A DNA stretch of 64,000 bases, from contig CAZGRE010000002.1 in assembly GCA_964528085.1 (NCBI GenBank), forward strand, positions 5,150-69,149. Direction: 5' to 3'. Each line of letters opens with the position of its first letter. The first letter of the stretch is position 1. Source of the DNA: an uncultured Thermotogae bacterium. GTDB taxonomy: Bacteria; Bipolaricaulota; Bipolaricaulia; UBA7950; UBA9294. Positions 1 through 10,952 of the stretch are shown here, one piece after another. The position numbers and the translations under genes are program-made. The notes under the pieces are model-generated. The model was not told the DNA's origin and did no database searches. It saw nothing but the letters and a program-made list of their open reading frames with translations.

Positions 1-318
1 GCCGCGCCCGGCCGGAGGACGGGCTTCTCACCGCCCTCCTGTTGCGGGGGATCGCCTCCCTCGCTGAGCGGCTCCTCCGAACCTCCTGGGACGGGAGCGG
101 GGTCCCGCGCGAGCAGCCGGTTGACCGGGTTGAGTTAAGCTACAGACGGGGGAGGCTCCGCGTCCGTACCCCGGACGGGATGATCCTTCTTGACGGGGTG
201 AAGAAGGAGGAGGCGGAGCGGTTCCTGACGGGGGTGGAGAGGGCGGGAGACGGTTCGCATTGAACGGAGGGAGCGTTTGTCCTAGAATTGAAGGAAGACT
301 AGATGGAGGGGGCGACAG

Positions 319-1344
<1,026 letters not shown>

Positions 1345-1790
1345 CCCTTGGGCCTACCTCGTTAAGCTCCTCCGCTACCGGCCGCGGAGCGTCTTTGAGG
1401 CCCGCGAGCGGCTGAAGCGGCGGGGGTTCTCAGGAGGGGAGATCGAGGAGACGATCAGGGGGGCGCTCGATGCGGGGTTGCTCGACGATCGGGTGTTCGC
1501 CAAGCTGTGGATCTCCGATCGCCTCCTTCACCGCCCGGTTTCGCGCAAGGCGATCAGATTGGAGCTTGCGGAGAAAGGGATCCCACGGGAGCTGATCGAC
1601 TCCCTTCTCGATGAGGCCTATCCGCCGGAGAAGGAGAGGGATGTGGCCTTTGCGCTCGGCTCTGCGCGCTATTCTCGGCTTTCCGGTCTCGATCCTGTGC
1701 AGCGCAGCAGGCGGACGGCCGATTATCTGACGCGGCGGGGATTCTCGCGATCCCTTGCGATCGCGATCGTCAGCCGATTGGAAAGGGGGG

Positions 1791-2273
1791 ATGACTGAGG
1801 TGAGGGTCGGAATGGGGATCGATTTCCACCGCTTCTCCCCCGAGCGGCCGCTCATCCTCGGTGGGGTCGAGATCCCGGATTCTCCAGGGCTTCTCGGCCA
1901 CTCGGACGCCGACGTCCTGACGCATGCGATCTGCGACTCACTCCTCGGTGCGGCCGGCCTCGGCGATATCGGGGTCCACTTCCCCGATTCGGATGAAGAG
2001 TACCGCGGGATATCGAGCATCACCCTGTTGCGGAGGGTCGTGGCCAAGCTCGCCGAGAGCGGGTATCGGCCGGTGAACGTCGACGCCACGGTGATCGCTG
2101 AAAGACCGAGGCTTGTCCCTCATTTTTCCAAGATGCGGGCGGTCCTCGCCAATGCGCTCGGCATTCCGTCCGGATCGGTCGGTTTGAAGGCGACGACGAC
2201 CGAAGGGATGGGCTTCGTCGGTCGGGGCGAGGGGATCGGGGCTATCGCCGTCTGCCTTATCGAAACAACCTGA
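1791..2273 (+). CDS. ispF: 2-C-methyl-D-erythritol 2,4-cyclodiphosphate synthase
   Basis: GIDFHRF...HSDADV...GDIG motifs; ATG at 1791 preceded by GAAAGGGGGG RBS; ATGA overlap with the recX stop. Confidence 0.9.
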   Translation: MTEVRVGMGIDFHRFSPERPLILGGVEIPDSPGLLGHSDADVLTHAICDSLLGAAGLGDIGVHFPDSDEEYRGISSITLLRRVVAKLAESGYRPVNVDATVIAERPRLVPHFSKMRAVLANALGIPSGSVGLKATTTEGMGFVGRGEGIGAIAVCLIETT

Positions 2274-3555
2274 CGATGTCCTTGTAGGTTATAAGGATCA
2301 TCAGCGCGATCAGGATCACGAATCCGATCATGTGGATGATCCCTTCCCTCTCGGGCGGGATCGGCTTTCCCCTTATCCACTCGAGGATCGCAAACCCGAC
2401 GCGGCTTCCGTCGAGGCCGGGGAACGGGATCAGGTTCAACAGGCCGAAGTTAAGGCTGAGGAAGGCGAGGAGCTGGAAGAAGACAGAAGGACCGAGCTTC
2501 GCCCCCTCCTCGAGGATCCGGGCGACCCCGACCGGTCCTTGCAGGGCCTCGCTCGCTGTCACGCGCCCCTGCACGATCCCCCGGATCACCGATCCCATCA
2601 TCCTGATGTACCCGGTGAACTGGGCCGCTCCGAGGGCGATCCCGCCGATGAACCCGGGCCGGTGGTATTCGATCCCAAGGTCGGTGAACGCGACACCGGC
2701 GAGGAGCCGCTCAGCGGTCTTTCCGCTCGTCGGGACCGAGAACTTCAACCGCTCCCCTCCCCGGAGTACGGTCAGGGTGACCGACTCTGCGGGCAGCCGG
2801 GAGTCGAGGGAGAGGATGATGGCAATGGCGGTCTTCACCTCTTCATCCCCCACAGCGACGATCCGATCCCCGGGGGAGAGCCCGGCGGCGGCAAGGGGGG
2901 AGTCAGGGTCGAGGGAGTCGATCTCGTTCGTGAACGCCGCCGCTTGGAAGTAGGCGCCGATCAGGTAGCGGTCCTCTTCATCCGAGTAGGTCGGTGTGAT
3001 CCGGATCTCCTTGCGCTCTCCGTCCCGGATGAGCGAGATCTCGAGCGGTGAGCCGCCCGATCTTTGAACGGCGGATGTTATCTGGTCGATCGTGTAGATC
3101 GTCCGGCCGTCGATGGCGATGATCCGATCCCCGGGGAGGAGTACCTCCGCCGCCGGTCTCCCGGGTATGACCTCAGCGACCTGGAGGATCGGAAAGTTCA
3201 GCCCCCAGACGACCCCGATTGTGACGACAAGGGCGAGGATCAGGTTTGCGATCGGCCCGGCGAGGCTGATCGCCGCCCGGATGTAGGGGGGCTTGTTGTA
3301 CAGGAGCCGGTCCGCCGGGACCTCTCTCCCCTCCTCGCGGCGGTCTTCACCGGCCATCCGAACGTACCCCCCGATCGGGATGGCGCGGAGGGAGTAGCTG
3401 GTCTCACTCCCTGAGAGGGAGAAGAGGCGGGGGCCGAACCCGATCGAAAACTCGATGATCTCAACCCCGCTTGCGCGCGCGACGATGAAGTGTCCGAGCT
3501 CGTGCAGGCCGACGAGGACGAGGATCGAACCGACGAAGATCAAAAACGCGATCAT
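2257..3555 (-). CDS. rseP: RIP site-2 zinc metalloprotease RseP (M50 family with PDZ domains)
   Basis: HELGHF zinc motif in N-terminal TM helix 1; PDZ-like regions; C-terminal LDGS motif. Confidence 0.88.
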   Translation of the reverse strand: MIAFLIFVGSILVLVGLHELGHFIVARASGVEIIEFSIGFGPRLFSLSGSETSYSLRAIPIGGYVRMAGEDRREEGREVPADRLLYNKPPYIRAAISLAGPIANLILALVVTIGVVWGLNFPILQVAEVIPGRPAAEVLLPGDRIIAIDGRTIYTIDQITSAVQRSGGSPLEISLIRDGERKEIRITPTYSDEEDRYLIGAYFQAAAFTNEIDSLDPDSPLAAAGLSPGDRIVAVGDEEVKTAIAIILSLDSRLPAESVTLTVLRGGERLKFSVPTSGKTAERLLAGVAFTDLGIEYHRPGFIGGIALGAAQFTGYIRMMGSVIRGIVQGRVTASEALQGPVGVARILEEGAKLGPSVFFQLLAFLSLNFGLLNLIPFPGLDGSRVGFAILEWIRGKPIPPEREGIIHMIGFVILIALMILITYKDIVRLFR

Positions 3556-4940
3556 GATCCCCTCTCCATCCGCATGACGAGGACCCGCTTCGTCCGTTCC
3601 GTCAGCTTCACCTTGTCTGAAAGCCTGAGGCCTACCACCCAGATTATCCTCTCCCGGTCGCAGAGAAGGGGGAGATCGTCCCGGTCGAAGAACGGTACGG
3701 ACTCGTTTATCAGGAAGTCCTTCAGTCTTACCCTCTCGTCCATCCCGAGCGGGACGAACCGATCCCCCGGTAGCCTCGATCTGACGTGGAGGGGGAACGA
3801 GACGAGATCGGCATCCGCCATCTCGATCGTCCGGTCGTCCGGGATCGGCCTCCCTTCCTCAGAGTCTATCGGGACGATCTTCAGGGTGAGTGAGAAGCCG
3901 AGATTCGGGAATCGGTTCTCCCCGAGTGCGACCTCCTCGAAGAACCCCTCCTTCTCCGGGAATCCTTGCTGGGAGAGGACGAGATCATCCCGAGCGAGGC
4001 GGACGGATACACCGGGAAGGTCGATCGACCCATGCGGGAGCTCGGAGCGGATCAACCTGAGGGTCTCCTCGATGTGGACCGATTCGATTCCGGAGAGGTT
4101 GCCGCGCGCGCGGCGGATCCCCTCCCGAATGATCAGCCTTCCCACTTCTGGTGGGAGTTCCCCAATCCCCTCCCGATCGAGGGTCACCATCCCGCACTTC
4201 TCGTCCTTTACGATCCTCTCAAGGATCGGAGCGATGAGGTGCGAGGTCGCAGAGAGAAGGTCGGCGACGAGCTCCCCCCCGCGGCAGATCGTCTCGATGA
4301 CGCGGGGGTTTATCCGGGAGAGCTCGGGGAGGACGAGATGGCGGATCCGGTTCCGCGAGAATGAGATATCGGCGTTCGTCTTGTCCTCCCTCCAGCGGAG
4401 CCTTCGGCTCTCAGCGTACGATACGATCTCATCCCGCGTCGTCTCGATGAGCGGGCGGATGATCGGCCGGCTCACCGGTTCGACCCCGATCAAGCCGCTC
4501 GGCCCTGCCCCGCGGGTAAGGTTCAACAGGACCGTCTCCGCCCTGTCGTTCGCCGTATGGCCGAGCGCGATCACATCAGCATGTGCACTCTTAGCTGCCC
4601 TCGCGAGGAACGCCCGGCGGGCCTCCCTCGCCCTTCCCTCCGGGCCGAGTCCGGGCCAGAGCTTCGAGGAGGGAAGGTCGATCCTCTCGCTGATTATAGG
4701 GATCCCTTCGCATTCGGCGAGCTCGGTCACGAAGCGAGCATCCTGAGCTGATTCCTCACCGCGGAGGCCGTGGTCGAGGTGGGCGATCGTGAGGGAGAGC
4801 GAATACCGATCGGCGAGCCGCTTCAGGATATCGAACAACACGACCGAGTCGACCCCCCCTGAGACGGCGACGAGGACCCTCTCTCCGCCTGTGAGCATCC
4901 GGTGGCGATCGATCGTCTCCTTCACCTTCTCGATCAGCAT
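3552..4940 (-). CDS. tilS: tRNA(Ile)-lysidine synthetase
   Basis: PP-loop SGGVDS near the N-terminus; 462 aa; 4-nt overlap with the rseP start. Confidence 0.88.
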   Translation of the reverse strand: MLIEKVKETIDRHRMLTGGERVLVAVSGGVDSVVLFDILKRLADRYSLSLTIAHLDHGLRGEESAQDARFVTELAECEGIPIISERIDLPSSKLWPGLGPEGRAREARRAFLARAAKSAHADVIALGHTANDRAETVLLNLTRGAGPSGLIGVEPVSRPIIRPLIETTRDEIVSYAESRRLRWREDKTNADISFSRNRIRHLVLPELSRINPRVIETICRGGELVADLLSATSHLIAPILERIVKDEKCGMVTLDREGIGELPPEVGRLIIREGIRRARGNLSGIESVHIEETLRLIRSELPHGSIDLPGVSVRLARDDLVLSQQGFPEKEGFFEEVALGENRFPNLGFSLTLKIVPIDSEEGRPIPDDRTIEMADADLVSFPLHVRSRLPGDRFVPLGMDERVRLKDFLINESVPFFDRDDLPLLCDRERIIWVVGLRLSDKVKLTERTKRVLVMRMERGS

Positions 4941-5013
4941 AAGACGATTGTGTTTATCCGATCGTCTTAATTCAACGGTTGGTAACCGGCGCGAACCGGG
5001 TTATCCTCAGCGG

Positions 5014-5547
5014 GTGAAGAGACTAGCGATCATCATCTGCCTTCTCGTTTCCGTCCCCGTCCTCGCCTCCGAGGGGATCTTCTTCGGATTCTCGACCGGC
5101 CTCGTGCAGGGGGAGGCGGGGAGGACCGCGATCCTGATCGCGGGGGATGCGAACGCTTGGGAAGGGACGATCGTAAGGGGGATAACCCCGTATCTCGACC
5201 TTGCAGCGACGGGGGGGACGGAGTTCTCGATCGAGGGGAGGCTCCTCGCCATCGATCTTCCACCGATCGGAGGTCTCCTCACCGTGGCCCCCCGCGGATT
5301 CGCGGGGCTCATGCGGCTCTCCCTCGGCCCGGTACGCCTCGATATCTTCCGGCGTTTCGGGGATGAGGGAGAGCGCCGGTTCACCGTCAGCGTATTCCCC
5401 CTGGAGAGGGTCTTCTTTCTCGCCGGCTGGGAAGAGGCATCTCCGTTCCTCGCCCTGCGGGTGAATCCGTTGGCAGGAGGTGCCCTTTGGATCTCCATCC
5501 TTCTCGGCACGGGGCGTCTCTCAGTCGCAGTCGGAGGTGCGTTTTGA
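5014..5547 (+). CDS. Hypothetical secreted protein
   Basis: The ORF-track start at 4789 sits inside tilS and is low-complexity; a GTG at 5014 gives a classic signal peptide KRLAIIICLLVSVPVLASE followed by a beta-rich mature protein. Confidence 0.5.
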   Translation: MKRLAIIICLLVSVPVLASEGIFFGFSTGLVQGEAGRTAILIAGDANAWEGTIVRGITPYLDLAATGGTEFSIEGRLLAIDLPPIGGLLTVAPRGFAGLMRLSLGPVRLDIFRRFGDEGERRFTVSVFPLERVFFLAGWEEASPFLALRVNPLAGGALWISILLGTGRLSVAVGGAF

Positions 5548-6425
5548 AAAGGGCGCTTCTCCTTCCCCTCCTCCTTTTCCTCCTTGGAACGATCGCCGAT
5601 GCAAGATCCGTTCAGATCCTGTACACGAACGATCTTCACCTTCGGTTCTCTCGGATGGCCTCGCTCGCCTCCCTGGTTGAGTCAGCGCGGGAGGATGGGT
5701 ACCCGACGATCCTCCTCGATGCTGGCGACGCTTGGCAGGATTTTCGGAACCCGATATACGCGGTCTGGGGCGGGAGGGCGATGGTCGCCTGGATGAACCA
5801 CATCGGATACGACGCGATGGCGCTGGGGAATCACGAGCTTTACCGGGGAGAAAGGCACCTCGGGGGACTCATCGATCAGGCTGAGTTTCCTATCCTCTGC
5901 GCCAACCTGAAGCCGGTCGTCGGCCAGGAGGAACCGTTTACCTCATCGAAGGTGATCGAGGTCGGTGGGCTGCACATCCTTTTGATCGGCCTCATCACGG
6001 ATGAGTACTTCCCCTATGGTGACTATCAACGGCTCAGGTATCTCCCCCCGGAGGCCGCTCTCAGGGAGGAGATCGATCGGATCGAAGGGCCGGTCGATCT
6101 GATCGTCGTCGTCGCTCACCTCCCGGTCGCTCAGGCGGTGCGGATCGCTGCCGATATCCCGGATGTCGACGTCTTTGTGACCGGCCACTCTCACGAAGAG
6201 ACGCCCGCTCCGGTCGTCGTAGGCGATACGCTGATCGTGCAGGCGGGCGCGTTCGGGGACTACCTGGGGAGGTTATTGATCGACGTCGATGAGGACGGCG
6301 TCCGTCTGATCGAGAATCGGCTGATCCCAACGGAACCGGCCCCGCCGAATCTCCGCCAGGGCTGGTTCCGTCTTGCAGAGGCGTTGCTTATCCTAGCGTT
6401 CGGGCTTATCTCCTTCTTCCGTTAG
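5487..6425 (+). CDS. Secreted calcineurin-like metallophosphoesterase (5'-nucleotidase/UshA N-terminal-domain-like); alternative TTG start at 5544
   Basis: Metallophosphatase motifs DAGD, GNHE and GHSH; signal peptide LKRALLLPLLLFLLGTIADA; GGAGGTG RBS placed for a TTG at 5544. Confidence 0.75.
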   Translation: MDLHPSRHGASLSRSRRCVLKRALLLPLLLFLLGTIADARSVQILYTNDLHLRFSRMASLASLVESAREDGYPTILLDAGDAWQDFRNPIYAVWGGRAMVAWMNHIGYDAMALGNHELYRGERHLGGLIDQAEFPILCANLKPVVGQEEPFTSSKVIEVGGLHILLIGLITDEYFPYGDYQRLRYLPPEAALREEIDRIEGPVDLIVVVAHLPVAQAVRIAADIPDVDVFVTGHSHEETPAPVVVGDTLIVQAGAFGDYLGRLLIDVDEDGVRLIENRLIPTEPAPPNLRQGWFRLAEALLILAFGLISFFR

Positions 6426-6790
6426 AAATTGTAGGAGAAGCCGAGTCCGTTCCCGGTCAGCCCGATCGTGAAGTTCTGCTCCTTCGCCACCGAATACGCG
6501 TCGTAAGCGCTGTACAGAGCCCAGCCGAGGTGGGCCAGGCCGATGAGTGGGTAGCTGTAGTAGGTGTAGGGGAGGAGGGATATTACGTAGATTCCCCCTA
6601 CGTCGATCGCCACTGCGATCCCGAAGTGGAGGAACGCCTTATCCACCTGATCGTTGATCAGTTGTCCCAACCCTGGGAGGACGAACGAGGCCAATCCTGG
6701 TATCCACGCGTCGTTGTCCGCCCCCACCGCTCCGACGGCCAACACCAACACTCCAAATAGAACGAGAAGAGCCACCACCGTCTTGTGCAT
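6422..6790 (-). CDS. Small hypothetical membrane/secreted protein
   Basis: 122 aa; N-terminal hydrophobic segment; lies directly downstream of yebC on the same strand; convergent overlapping stop with the phosphoesterase gene. Confidence 0.5.
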   Translation of the reverse strand: MHKTVVALLVLFGVLVLAVGAVGADNDAWIPGLASFVLPGLGQLINDQVDKAFLHFGIAVAIDVGGIYVISLLPYTYYSYPLIGLAHLGWALYSAYDAYSVAKEQNFTIGLTGNGLGFSYNF

Positions 6791-6806
6791 CCGTTCCCTC
6801 CTTGTG

Positions 6807-7565
6807 CTAATTCGTTTCGATCTTCTCGAGTACTTCGTCAGGGATGTCGAAATTGGCGAAGACCTCCTGAACGTCCTCGTTTTCGTCGAGGGCCTCGATC
6901 AGCCGCAACACCTTGGCCGCTGATTGCCCCTCCACCCTGACCGTGTTCTTAGGGACCATCGTCACCTCGGAGCGGATCGGGGTCAACCCCCTGTTGCGGA
7001 CCGCCTCAGCGACGCTGGGCAGGTCCGCTGGGGCGCAGGTGATCTCGATCGTCTCACCTTGATCGTCGACGTCCTGAGCCCCGGCTTCGATCACCGCCAT
7101 CAGGATCTCGTCGCGGTCCAACCCCTCCGGGAGGTCGGCGAGGACGACGATCCCCCGCCGCTCGAACAGCCAACTGACGCTCCCTGCCGCCGCCATGCTT
7201 CCACCGTGCTTGCTGAAGATATGGCGTATCGCCGCCGCCGCCCGGTTCCGGTTGTCGGTGACCGCCCTGACGAGGACGGCGACCCCTTCGGGGGCGTACC
7301 CTTCGTAGGTTATCTCCTCGTAGCTTACGCCCTCGAGCTCCCCGGTGGCCCGCTTGATCGCCCGTTCGATGTTCTCCTTGGGGAGGTTCGCGGCGCGCGC
7401 CCGTTCCAGGGCCTGTGCGAGGCCGGGGTTGTTCTCCGGGTTCGGATCCCCGTTCCGCGCTTGAAGGGTAATCTCCTTGATCAGCTTGGCGAACAGGTGC
7501 GAGCGCTTCTTATCCTGACGCTCCTTCCGATACTTTATGTTCGCCCATTTGGAATGCCCGGCCAT
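6807..7565 (-). CDS. yebC: YebC/PmpR family DNA-binding transcriptional regulator
   Basis: MAGHSKWANIKYRK hallmark N-terminus; 252 aa. Confidence 0.93.
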   Translation of the reverse strand: MAGHSKWANIKYRKERQDKKRSHLFAKLIKEITLQARNGDPNPENNPGLAQALERARAANLPKENIERAIKRATGELEGVSYEEITYEGYAPEGVAVLVRAVTDNRNRAAAAIRHIFSKHGGSMAAAGSVSWLFERRGIVVLADLPEGLDRDEILMAVIEAGAQDVDDQGETIEITCAPADLPSVAEAVRNRGLTPIRSEVTMVPKNTVRVEGQSAAKVLRLIEALDENEDVQEVFANFDIPDEVLEKIETN

Positions 7566-7622
7566 CTCACCCCCCTTAAAACGACCCTCAGATCATACCA
7601 TCCGGCTCAATTGGGGACAAAT

Positions 7623-8477
7623 TCACTCGCACTCTACCTCAGCGAGGAGCCCCTTCGCCCGGTTCACGGCGAGGGCGTTGTAGAGGGGCCAGCGGCTCAT
7701 CACCCCGGGGTCATCTCCCTTCGCCAGAACCTCCTGCAATAGGGAGCAGAAGCGCGCCTCATCCCCGCTCGGCTTCACCAAAAACTCGGCGAGGTCGACC
7801 AGGTTCTCGAGGAAGTTCGGATCGGCCTCGATTGCGTTCTGAAACGCGATCTCCGCCTGTGCGACGTCCCCTCCGAGGGCGGACGGGACCTGGGAGAGGA
7901 ACGAGCCGAGGGCGCGCCACGGCCCGCCGCCGAGGTGGTCCGGATCGAGTTCGATCGCCCGCTCGAACGCGGCCCTGACGTCCTTCATCCCGCCGAGGAC
8001 CGCGGTCAATGGGTGGGCCTCCAGGTAGCGGCCGAGGTTGTTCCCGTACCAGAAAAGCGCATCGACGTCGCTCGCCGTCGCAAGCGCGGCCCGGAAGCTC
8101 TCCTTCTCCGTCTCGCGGAACGAAGGATCGAGCCGGAGGGAGGCGAGGGCGTAGTCCTTCCCCTTGGCGAACGTCGCCTCGAGCTCGTCCCGATCGGTCA
8201 GGTAGGCGAATCCGAGCTCGAACTCGGCCCGCGCAAGCCGGTTGAGGACGTAGGAACGCGTCTGGACTGCATCCTCAGGGATCGCCGCGAGTGCCCCCTC
8301 GTAAAGGAGGATCGCCCCTTCGAGGTCTTCCCGGTAAGAGGCAAGATTGAATTCACCGTCGAGCCGATCGTATAGGCGATCCGCCTCCCCGAGCAGGAAG
8401 CTCAGATCGGAAGCCGAAGCCCCGACCGACAGGCCGAGCAGAGCGACGAGAAGCGCAATCGATAGACTCTGTCTCAC
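7623..8477 (-). CDS. Secreted TPR-like repeat protein
   Basis: GTG at 8477 with AGGAGGG RBS gives signal peptide VRQSLSIALLVALLGLSVGASA; helical repeat content; the ORF-track start at 8549 adds a Cys/Gln-rich leader that is probably not translated. Confidence 0.55.
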   Translation of the reverse strand: MRQSLSIALLVALLGLSVGASASDLSFLLGEADRLYDRLDGEFNLASYREDLEGAILLYEGALAAIPEDAVQTRSYVLNRLARAEFELGFAYLTDRDELEATFAKGKDYALASLRLDPSFRETEKESFRAALATASDVDALFWYGNNLGRYLEAHPLTAVLGGMKDVRAAFERAIELDPDHLGGGPWRALGSFLSQVPSALGGDVAQAEIAFQNAIEADPNFLENLVDLAEFLVKPSGDEARFCSLLQEVLAKGDDPGVMSRWPLYNALAVNRAKGLLAEVECE

Positions 8478-8591
8478 AATCCCTCCTTTTTCACAGACCC
8501 TTTTTTCCTGATTCGACCCCGCTTGGGGTTGACAGCAGGGGTTGAGCATGGCACAGTGGCGGTAGTTTACACAAAAAGTGAGGGATCGGGG

Positions 8592-9197
8592 ATGCGAAAG
8601 AGATGGAGGACATTGCTGGTAGTCGTTGTCGTTTCTTCTGTGCTCCTTCTGAGCGGGTGTTTCTTCAACATATTCCAGACGGCGAAGACGGTCGGTAAAG
8701 GGAACGTCGCACTTACGATCGGCTCGGGGCTACTCAACTTTCAGTTTGACGAGGACTACAACTGGATGATCACCCCGCAGGCGAGGCTCGCCATCGGGCT
8801 GGGCGACGGGATCGATCTCGGGATTCAGAGCGGAGTGATGATTCCGCTCGAGACAGGTGAGCCGGGCTGGCTCGGCGCGGTCGGGGATCTCAAGTTCTCG
8901 CTCTTCGACGAGCCGGATGCCTTTTCGCTCGCGTTCGGGTTCGGCGGCGGATCGGCGTCGGAGCTCGCCGGCTGGGGGGCGTTCCTCGAGATCTTCTTCG
9001 ACAGCAACATCAAGGCCCTTCCGATCTTCATCTCCTATCGGCCGCTATTCCCGTTCAGCGCTGAGGCGTTCACGGTCTGGCATCACCTCGCCGGTGGGCT
9101 CAGGTTGAGGCTTTCAGATACCGCCGTCCTTTTCGTTCAGGTCGACTCGTTCGGAAGGATGTTCAGCTTCGGGATTGCCCTTGAGGTGACGTTCTAG
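8592..9197 (+). CDS. Hypothetical lipoprotein
   Basis: ATG at 8592 with GAGGGA RBS; signal peptide plus lipobox LLSGC; beta-rich mature region. Confidence 0.55.
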   Translation: MRKRWRTLLVVVVVSSVLLLSGCFFNIFQTAKTVGKGNVALTIGSGLLNFQFDEDYNWMITPQARLAIGLGDGIDLGIQSGVMIPLETGEPGWLGAVGDLKFSLFDEPDAFSLAFGFGGGSASELAGWGAFLEIFFDSNIKALPIFISYRPLFPFSAEAFTVWHHLAGGLRLRLSDTAVLFVQVDSFGRMFSFGIALEVTF

Positions 9198-9584
9198 CGG
9201 CCTGATGAGGGGGATGATCCGCCGATCGGGCGGGGATAGCCGGTAGGTAGTAAGCTCGCCTAACGGGATCCACGCCCACTCGGCGCAGTCGATTGGGGTC
9301 GGTTTGCCTCTCAGGTGCCGGCAGAGAAACGGATGCAGCGCGATCCGAGATCCAGGGTCGGTGTGTAGGATCTTCGGTAATGGGGAGATGACCTCGACCG
9401 TGATCCCGAGTTCCTCCTCAAGCTCGCGGACGAGCGCCTCCTCCAGCCGTTCACCTTCCTCGACGCCGCCGCCGGGGAATTCCCATACCCCGCCGTGTTC
9501 GTCATCGATCCGGCGCTTGGCGATCAGGATCCGCTCCCCCTTCCTGTCCCAGACGATCCCGGCGACGACCTTCTTTTCGATCAC
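9114..9584 (-). CDS. NUDIX hydrolase (MutT-like)
   Basis: Nudix box GGVWEFPGGGVEEGERLEEALVRELEEELG. Confidence 0.85.
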   Translation of the reverse strand: MIEKKVVAGIVWDRKGERILIAKRRIDDEHGGVWEFPGGGVEEGERLEEALVRELEEELGITVEVISPLPKILHTDPGSRIALHPFLCRHLRGKPTPIDCAEWAWIPLGELTTYRLSPPDRRIIPLIRPLERHLKGNPEAEHPSERVDLNEKDGGI

Positions 9585-10951
9585 CTGATCAGAAGCTTCA
9601 TGTACGAGGCGATGTCATCGATCTCCTCGAGGCGCATCGTCTCCTCGACGATCTTTCTTCGCCTTCTCTCATCGAGCTTCTGCGCGTTGGCGTCGAACTT
9701 CTCGATCAGTTCAGCGTCGGTGAGGGGGCGCTCGGCCCGGCCCTTGGCGTGATCCTCGACCTTCGTGAACGAGCGGCCGTCGGTGGTCGTTATCGTCACG
9801 ATCGCCCGCTTGACGGCCGGGAAGAGCCGGTCGATCTCCTCGCTCGCCCGCACCTCGATCTTGTTAAGGAAGCCACGAACGGCCGGGTCCATTATCGCCT
9901 CGTCGGTGAAATCGGACGGGAGGACGTTCCCCTTCGCTATCGCGACGGCGATGCAGTAGGGGAGGGAGTGGTCGGCCGTCTCCTTCGTCTGCGGGGCATA
10001 CTTCGACGGATCGGAGAGGATGTCCGCCCCCCGCGTCGTCGTCTCGATCGTGACCGATTCGACCTGGGAGGGGGCGATCCGGTTCTCGGACATCAGCTCG
10101 AGAACGGCTGTGATCGGTTGGTGGGTTAGCGCCTCGGTCGGGAACGCCTTGTACCCACACTCGGTGATCAGGAACTCATCGCCGAGGCCGCCGAGGATCC
10201 TATCCGGGTTCCAGGTGACGTTCCCTATCACTTCGAAGACCCCTTCCTTCCCCTCGAACACCTCGACCGGACCGGTGTAGCCTGTCTTGGCGAGGAGGGC
10301 GGCGCGGACTCCGGCCTCGGTCGCCATCGGATCGGCCGTGTTCTTCATGTTCGTCAGGTGACCGGCGACCACCCCTCCGAGGGTGAAGTGGCTTGATCCG
10401 GATATCCCGCACGCGGCGACGAGCTCGTCCTCGGTCAGCCCGAGCATTCTCCCGGCGACGAGCGGGCTGACGAACTGGGTGAGGCTCGCATGATGCCAGC
10501 CGACCTCGCGGATCCCCGGATCTGCGGCGAGGCAGAGGCGCATCTCGAGCTCGTAGGCGGTCACGATCCCGACGATCAGATCCTTCCCGCTCAAATGCTC
10601 CCTCTCGGCCGGGGAGAGGGCGGCCGGGATGATGTCGGACGGGTGGGATGGGTCGTTCTTCCAATAGATGTCGTTGTAGTCCATCGCCCGGATGAGGAGC
10701 GAGTTCATCAGCGCCGCGTTCGGGAGGTTCGTCCGCGTTCCATGCCCGATGATCGTCGCTTCCTCGGTCCCGCCGAGGGAGCGGACATACTCATACGCTC
10801 GGAGCATGTCTTCGTTGTCGAGTGCCGCGAGAGCACATCCTATCGAGTCGAGGAGGAAACGCTTCGCCTCCTTCCGCGCCGGAGCCGGTATCCGATCGTA
10901 GCTCAAGTCTCTTGCGAACCGCGCCATCCTCCTGCTGATCGAATCGCTCAT
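9581..10951 (-). CDS. MmgE/PrpD family protein (2-methylcitrate dehydratase-like)
   Basis: 456 aa; overall PrpD/MmgE architecture; 4-nt overlap with the NUDIX gene. Confidence 0.75.
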   Translation of the reverse strand: MSDSISRRMARFARDLSYDRIPAPARKEAKRFLLDSIGCALAALDNEDMLRAYEYVRSLGGTEEATIIGHGTRTNLPNAALMNSLLIRAMDYNDIYWKNDPSHPSDIIPAALSPAEREHLSGKDLIVGIVTAYELEMRLCLAADPGIREVGWHHASLTQFVSPLVAGRMLGLTEDELVAACGISGSSHFTLGGVVAGHLTNMKNTADPMATEAGVRAALLAKTGYTGPVEVFEGKEGVFEVIGNVTWNPDRILGGLGDEFLITECGYKAFPTEALTHQPITAVLELMSENRIAPSQVESVTIETTTRGADILSDPSKYAPQTKETADHSLPYCIAVAIAKGNVLPSDFTDEAIMDPAVRGFLNKIEVRASEEIDRLFPAVKRAIVTITTTDGRSFTKVEDHAKGRAERPLTDAELIEKFDANAQKLDERRRRKIVEETMRLEEIDDIASYMKLLIR

Positions 10952-10952
10952 C

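Noticed and set aside
42-263. 73-aa ORF at the window start
   Set aside because: Possibly the 3' end of an upstream gene or a small ORF; no motifs or RBS recognised, so left unannotated.
264-318. LexA/Cheo-type SOS box upstream of recA
   Set aside because: Searched for CTGT-N8-ACAG and GAAC-N4-GTTC patterns; found only GAAC-N9-GTTT, which fits neither consensus.
4789-5013. N-terminal 75 aa of the track ORF 4789..5547
   Set aside because: Overlaps the tilS 3' region and is low complexity; a GTG at 5014 gives a clean signal peptide, so the real gene is shorter.
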